Assembly: GCF_009914755.1 (NCBI RefSeq)
Contig: NC_060937.1
Source: the human T2T-CHM13v2.0 reference genome, Homo sapiens
Direction: 5' to 3' (one strand)
DNA length: 64,000 nt
Both the position numbers and the translations under genes were made by a program. Positions within the stretch are counted from its first letter, which is position 1. Each line of letters begins with the position of its first letter. This document shows, piece by piece, positions 56,413 through 64,000 of this stretch. Under the pieces are notes generated by a model. It was not told the origin of the DNA, made no database searches, and saw only the letters and a program-made list of their open reading frames with translations.

Positions 56413-56675
56413 AAAAGAATATATTAAGCAAATGTAAGAAGATACATATACATATACATATAGGTTAGGTTCTTACATTTGCTTAATATATCATATTCTT
56501 TTTTATATGTAAAAGAATATATCATTAGTATATCATATTCTTGTATATACTCATATATACAGAATATGTATATTCTTTTATATATAAAAACATATATACA
56601 CATATATAAAACAAATATATACATATAAACACATATATATAAAAACATGTATACATAAATATACATATATATATA
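56413..56675. repeat. AT-rich low complexity containing a perfect 22-bp inverted repeat
   Basis: atatattaagcaaatgtaagaa (56419-56440) and ttcttacatttgcttaatatat (56470-56491). Confidence 0.9.
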
Positions 56676-59600
56676 ATTCAGTGACAAGCACAATTGATAG
56701 CAATTTCTCACTTCAAAAATTCACATCTCTGAAGAGGGTAAAGTAGATGTTTCCACACTGAATTTCTAGTAATAATAATATTTATGTTTACTTAATTTGA
56801 TGTAATCATCATCCAGCAGATAATCAATATATTTCCATCTTCCAACTCCTACTTATCCAAACTTTGACAAAAATGCTCCATGTTGTTTATAACAGATAAC
56901 TTTTTCTAGTCAACAATACGCTTATTACATAAAATATCCATGAAAATGGGACCTGGGCATTATCTCTCAAGTTTGGTTTCCTTATTATTGTTTAATGTTA
57001 ATTTTCTTTTCCAGAAGGCTCATCTGAATATATTTTTAATATTAGCGGGTTTTTAGAAAAAAATACGTCCTTGACTCCAACTTGCCAGTTACACATCTCA
57101 TCTGGACCAGAGTCGGTAATATATTTTCTTGTTATTTTTCTGTGATACAGTGTCCTGAATCTGTCAACAGTGCATAACTTATCTCTATATATGACAGGAT
57201 TAAGAGGGAGCTCCAAGACATCAGCAGGTGTAAACCCAATTTTGTAAGATCAATCCATTACTATCTAAAAACTATAAATAGAGAAGAGTAGATGAGACAC
57301 ATTTTTTTTTTCCATTGCAGTGGACAAGAGCAAGGCTAGTGGACGTTATAAAGTATTTGATCATGTATGTCAAGATGAAGAATGTATGAATTATGTAGTC
57401 TTACCAAAATTAACTGTCTCCTATATATGTTACCAAAAGGTTGCATACTAATAAGAAAAAATATATATTAAAGAATCATGAGAGATCTCAAAATAAAATT
57501 ACTTTCTCCAGTTACATAATATTTTTGAAAGCATAATTTTGATTTCTTTATAAACTTAGAATCCTTTATTAATTCAGTTTTCTTCAAATTTGACTTATAT
57601 ATTGAAATTTCATTTGACTAACTACTTTTTAATTCCATTAACATTTTCACCTGAACTCAAGTCTGAAAAATAATTTTGAATGAACATTTAGAATGAAGTT
57701 GATGTGAAAACAAACAAACAGAATCCGAAACAAAATGAATTCTGTATTTCAGAAGTAAAGCACCCTTTTCATAAAGGAAATAAAATATTTTCCTCCATGG
57801 AAAATAATAGTGTTTCAATGAAGGATACTAATAAATTTCACTAGCATAAATGGAAACAAGAAAAAGATGTAACATAAAAATCATAGTGCATATTCATGAT
57901 ATTAAGAGAAGTCTCATGCATTAATGTTTAGGAAGGTAGATAAAGATAGATTATTGTGTTTAAGTATATGGGGTTTTTTTAAATTTAAGATCATATTCTT
58001 CCAATTTGGTGGCAGTTTTAAGTCTGTATTTGATAGAATAAATGTTTTTGTCTAATGTTACAATGAAAGGCAGTTTCATATACTCCAGATTTTTTGATAA
58101 ATATATTAGGATAATGACCAGTAACCTCTACATAATGTTTTATGACTGGTGACCTAGCAGTGAGCACATTATAACCAGAGGATTCTGGAAGAAGAAAGGC
58201 AAAAATATTCCCTAGAAAAACAAATGTTTCGATCATCTCTACTGATAACTGCACTCTTCAAGTAGTTTCTGAGTACTTACTGTGTTTTACATCTATGCTA
58301 GTGGTGAGAGTGCAGTGGAGGAAAGGTACTGCCACTCTGTCAAGAACAAGCTATGGATCTAACATGATATTGGGGAAATCACCCCCTCCAGCGGAATGAT
58401 GCAAGCTGAAATTCATACCAAGCCTTCAGAAATCCTGTTTGCTTTCCTTGGCAGTGCACCAGCCTGACTCCATCTAAACAATGGTCTTCTTTTTAACTCC
58501 TGTTCCTCTTTGGTGACTTTAATTCATTTATTCTTTAATATATGTCAGCACACTTCTGTTGGAAGACGAGCTCTTTTAATTTTGCAACTCTTTAATTTGT
58601 TTCCACTTCACAACTCCCTGACATTCTTAGATAATTGTAATGGTTGGTTATATATTTATATATATAGGCTAATTGATTACTTATTTCAGGCATAAAGCCC
58701 TGAACAAGTTTGAACTAGTCACAGCAACAAACTGAACTGATAAAAATGCCTGCCTTAGAAGACAAAAAATAGCACAGAAGAGAAAACAGGCCACAGAATT
58801 TCCTCATTAAGGATCTTCTAGGGCCAAAGTATATCATATTGTCTATCAGTTGTCTTTATTAGCATGTAAATCAGAGATAAAGAGTGAAAGTGTTGCGTCA
58901 CTTCAAGCTCTGACTCCTAAAAAAAAAAAAAAGATCCTGAATGGACTACATCTAAAATGTAAAATAGCAGCAAAGAAGAAAACATGTCTGGCCATACCAT
59001 ATGTGAAGGAAATGTTTAACATTAAAGTTAAGACAATAAAATTTAAATTTCCCATGAAATGAACTCTAGAGGGGACAAAAAATAATTTGCAATCTTCATA
59101 AAGTGACTCGTCTCATGAAACAGAAGTATTGCTAACACTAGTTATCATTTCAGTGATTCCACAAAGAATTTCCCACTAAAAATACTTAGTTTTTATGTCA
59201 TGGAATACATAGTCACCATTTATGAAATATATATTTAAAAGAATAAATGAACATATATTAAATTTAAAAACAATTAACCAAGAAAATGGTTGTATTTATT
59301 TTCCTGAATTTACCTGATATTTACTTGGGATACTGAATATGAAAACATGACATCAATAATTCTAACTTCCTAAAAAATATATTTGCTGCTTGTAAGAGTA
59401 ATCATTTCAGAAAGCAAAATTATTAGTATGATGATAAAATAAATGAAAAGAACTTGGGTAGCTTCTCTGCTTTTTACCTGAAGCTTCTGATTTACTTTGA
59501 AGGGACAGGGAATGGGGAGGCTGAATTAGTGGACCTCCCTACCAACTTGCACAAAGATGATGAATAGGGAAAAAGATTCAAAGTTTTGGCCACTATCATA

Positions 59601-59907
59601 CCATTTACTATTTACTTTATCCTCCTCATACCTTGGTTTAAAATGCAGGACAGGCATACAAAAGCTAACAAGGGTGGGAGGAAAGCAATCAATGAGTGAA
59701 TAAGCTGTGAAATAATCTGGTAAGAATCCTGATTTAGAAAATCATTTTTTAAAATTACGTATCTTATAATCACACGAAAAATATTTTCAATGGCTTGAGA
59801 TAAATGGGATCAGAATTCTATAATCATTCAATTATATTAAGTCCCTTTAGTGGCTAGAGGGAAATTGGATTTGCTGATTGATTGATCGATTGATTGTCTA
59901 CGGCATT

Positions 59908-60530
59908 TGCATCAGCCGAGATCTAGTTGGAATACAGAGAGCCCGTTAGTTGTTTAAACAGAGAGAATTTAACATGGGGAATTGTTAATTGTTGGAGGAC
60001 TAAAGGTACAAATAAAAAGTGAGAAAAAGAAAGAAAGAAAAAGGACACTGATGTAGCCTAGTAATGAAAAATTGCGAGAAAAACTAGAATACCTGTAGAG
60101 CTTAGGAAACAGAAGGAAGGATTTCGGAGTTATCAGAGACTAAAAGTCTGGCACAGAGCCCTATGGAATTGGGACTCAGCCTTCCACGGAGAGGAAACTG
60201 ACTGGCGACTCTTGGTAACTCCAAGAGAGAGTGATGAAACTGATTCCAGGAATGCAAAAAAGAAACCAAGAAACTGGCACTGCAACCAGCAAATGGCTGC
60301 TGCCAGGATGAAGTGCCATTGCTGCGGCAACCCTGAAAGGAACGGCCTGCAAAGCCGGACGCAGTAGCTCCCCTCACCCCGCCATTCGGTCTCCCTCTAG
60401 CGTGCCCTACTGGCCAAACTTATTAAGAAGCCAGATGGCAAAGCGGATATGCAGAGCGCTGAGACTAGCCCGGGGAATCACAAAGCTGGTGGGTTTGGAG
60501 CTGAAAGATAACAGCTTAAAAACTGGCACT
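59908..60530 (-). mobile_element. ERVL solo LTR, LTR41-like
   Basis: gaagccagatggcaaagc...atcacaaagc..gtgggtttggagctga.agataacagcttaa.aactggcac matches the recalled reverse LTR41 5' end. Confidence 0.75.
60398..60416 (-). promoter_or_regulatory. CTCF-like motif in LTR41
   Basis: Minus strand TGGCCAGTAGGGCACGCTA versus consensus TGGCCACCAGGGGGCGCTA; two core G positions deviate. Confidence 0.4.
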
Positions 60531-62204
60531 GACGTTGAATTAAGGAAATTAAGATGTGATAACTGATAAGAATTCTTTCATTCTAAATCATAATATTATT
60601 CTGTGGTAAAAACAAGCTGAGGTACTGACTCCAGAAATAGAGCTGAGCCTGTCCAGAGGCTAGATGGCTGGGGACTTCTGAGAGCAACAGAAAAGATGAA
60701 AATGTTCAAAGCACAATTTTGTCATCTGATCTCCTTTTTTGAGTCTCCTTTGAAAGAATCACTTCCTCGGTGCTTCAGTGACATTCTCTATAAAACTGTA
60801 CTGACTTTTTACCCTACTCTACGCTATATATAAATATAAGCCAAAACCACATAGGACCTGGCTATATTTGGTATGCCTCATCTATCATGGATAGTTAATT
60901 TGTGCATTCATCTTTTAAAACTAATAATGAATTTCTAAAACCTTTTAAACGGGCTTAAGTTTTGTAATCCATTTACGGAACATGCCTGCAATGAAAAATT
61001 AATTATTAAACAAGAGCCTTGGGAGGACATCAGCGGCCTTGTCACCCACGCACTTGATTGATAACATGTCAGTTTCCAGACCACGGAGGGTGCTGACAGC
61101 TCTCAAATTTAAACCCGGAAGGGTAATGCTAAGCATGTCATGGCATAAGTCACATTTTTAAATTATTTTTTATTAAATGTTAGATAGAATAAATTCATCC
61201 ATGCCTCTCAAACTCAGCCTGATTAAATGAGCTGGCACTCTTTCAAATGTAAAGCATGGTTATGGCTTCTCAAGGGCATCGGAAAGGCTGAAGCATAAGA
61301 CACGGTAAATACAAAAGGCAAAAGAGGTGGACAGTGATATATTCACAAGCACCACGGGCGAAGTGAGGTTTTTAAAAATGCTGAGGCTAACAAAACAAGG
61401 GCAGCACGGTCCCCAAATGGTAAATGCACCTGCAGTGAGAGACTCTGCTTGAGTGCTGGTGCATAAAAGTGTCCACCACTAAGGGAAAAAAACAACAGTA
61501 ACAACAACAAAACCCTAAGAAACAGAAAGGAACAGCTGTAACCAATTTTCAAACCCTAAGTTTTGAGGTTGGGTTAGGAAGTTAGAATTGTTCCATGTTT
61601 GTGTCAGTTCTACCCTTTAATTTCACAAAGTTAAGATGGTTTTCTGTGACTATAAAAAAAGAAAAGAACATCTGTTATAGTGTGTCTTCCTGTAGCAAAG
61701 ACTACTGCTTCTTGAGCTTTTCTTCTTTCAGGCAAACCTCAATCTCATTCTATAAAAAGATTGAAAAATTATGTATATCAAATATACTCGAGCAGTTCAG
61801 AGAGAACATATCATCTGCATTACTGCTGTCTAAAAATCCTCTGATATACTGAATTCAAACTAAAAGAACCTAAATGAAGAAAACAATAATTTACTTAGAC
61901 CCAACTGGGTCACAATATTTGAAAAATGATACAGATTATTTTCTCTGTATACTATGAATTATTGTATTAACTTCATTTATTTTTTTTCAATAATTATTTG
62001 CAATTAATTCGGCTGATGGGCTAAACTCTCCAGAAGATACAAATATGTGAACAACACTGTCTAGTCTTGCAGAGCTTTGTATTTAATGGGAAGATACAGT
62101 AAAGGAAAATGTTCTGTCTTATCTGAGAGGCACAAGGAAAGTGCTATGTAAACTGAAGCTTGGGTTCTCAGAAGAGGTTTCATTAAGAGAATATCTTACC
62201 AGCG

Positions 62205-62490
62205 GGACATTTTATTGAATGTTACTATTTTTCCAGGTAGTTGGAGTACATTGGTGAATAGTCACCACTCTCTGCCCTTGTGAAGCTTGTATTCTAGTGA
62301 GTACAGACAAGTAATATTCAATACACAGTAATAAATATGTTATATGACATGTTAGAACATTAGTGTTTAAAAAAAAAAGAAAAAGCACAGGATAGTTGGG
62401 ATTCTGAGTTCTTCATGCTGGGAATGAGTGATTATAGTTTTAATTAGGGTGGGTGAGGTAGGCCTCACAGAGAAAGAGATATTTGAAAAA
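62205..62490 (-). mobile_element. L2 3' fragment
   Basis: tttattgaatgttactat..tccagg...ctgcccttgtgaagcttgtattctagtg. Confidence 0.75.
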
Positions 62491-63154
62491 AGATTCTACT
62501 ACATTCTTTCAACTTTTAAACTAAATAAATTTAATTGTTAAAGAATAAGTAATTTGATATGTGAAGAATTTTAATAAGCATTGCTAGTGTGAGAGTGTTT
62601 CAAGAAAGGAAATAGCATCAACATTATAAATTAAGTTTATGTGTATGCTCAGTGCCTAGTACCAAACTGACATACAGTAAGCACACAAAAATGTTTACTG
62701 AATAAATGTACAAGTAAACTGATAGTATTATGAAATCCCTGAATGAATGTGTCTAAATGTGAATAGTACTGTTTGGCTAGTAAGTGTCTGGTTTCTTGCA
62801 GAATCGTAAAAGAAAAAGCTAACAAGTTAGGTGGAGACCTTACTCCAAATGCAAAATTAAAGGATTTTTATAGAAAATTCAGTATAGAATTGAAAACTAA
62901 GTTTTTAGCATCAAGGAAGAAAAGAACAGAGAAAAAGAGTTGTTGACAGGAATAGCATTGTGCTTTGAAGTGGTGGTTAAGTTTGATTAGACATGAAAGA
63001 CACTGGAAATGTGGGAGGTGATTATTAGACTCCTAAATACCCCTTTCAAGAGATAACACAGACTTAAGGTAATATTATCATATTGGAACTTGAAAACTGG
63101 GCTATATCCAAAAGAAACTTATCCATTCATTCATGGAATCTTTTATTTAGGAAG

Positions 63155-63903
<749 letters not shown>

Positions 63904-64000
63904 GGATGAAAAGAAAGAAAAAATAAAAATTCTGGGCCAGGTTACATGAAACACTAGAATAGAGGATGAAACCTGTCAGTTTGTGTTTGTTTGTTTGTTT

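Noticed and set aside
58275-58407. Putative minus-strand exon (also GTAAGT donors near 20563 and 43070)
   Set aside because: Weak or missing acceptors, no coding signal, and no way to link them into a transcript from sequence alone

Overview
AT-rich primate (very likely human) non-coding DNA, either intergenic or deep inside a large intron. I find no credible protein-coding exon, RNA gene or CpG-island promoter. The supplied ORFs are short chance ORFs or read-throughs of Alu, LTR, LINE or microsatellite sequence. Much of the window is layered transposon debris: about 16 Alu/FLAM copies, L1, L2, L3/CR1, MIR, ERV1/ERVL/MaLR solo LTRs and hAT/Tigger DNA transposons. The most notable items are a near-consensus AluYc1-type insertion forming a close inverted Alu pair, a 3'-UTR-only processed retrocopy, two AT-rich fold-back structures, and a CpG-retaining LTR41 with a CTCF-like site next to a TALE-homeodomain motif cluster. 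I see no evidence of a new multi-gene biological system. Repeat subfamily names come from recalled consensus sequences and need RepeatMasker/Dfam confirmation; boundaries of old repeats are approximate.
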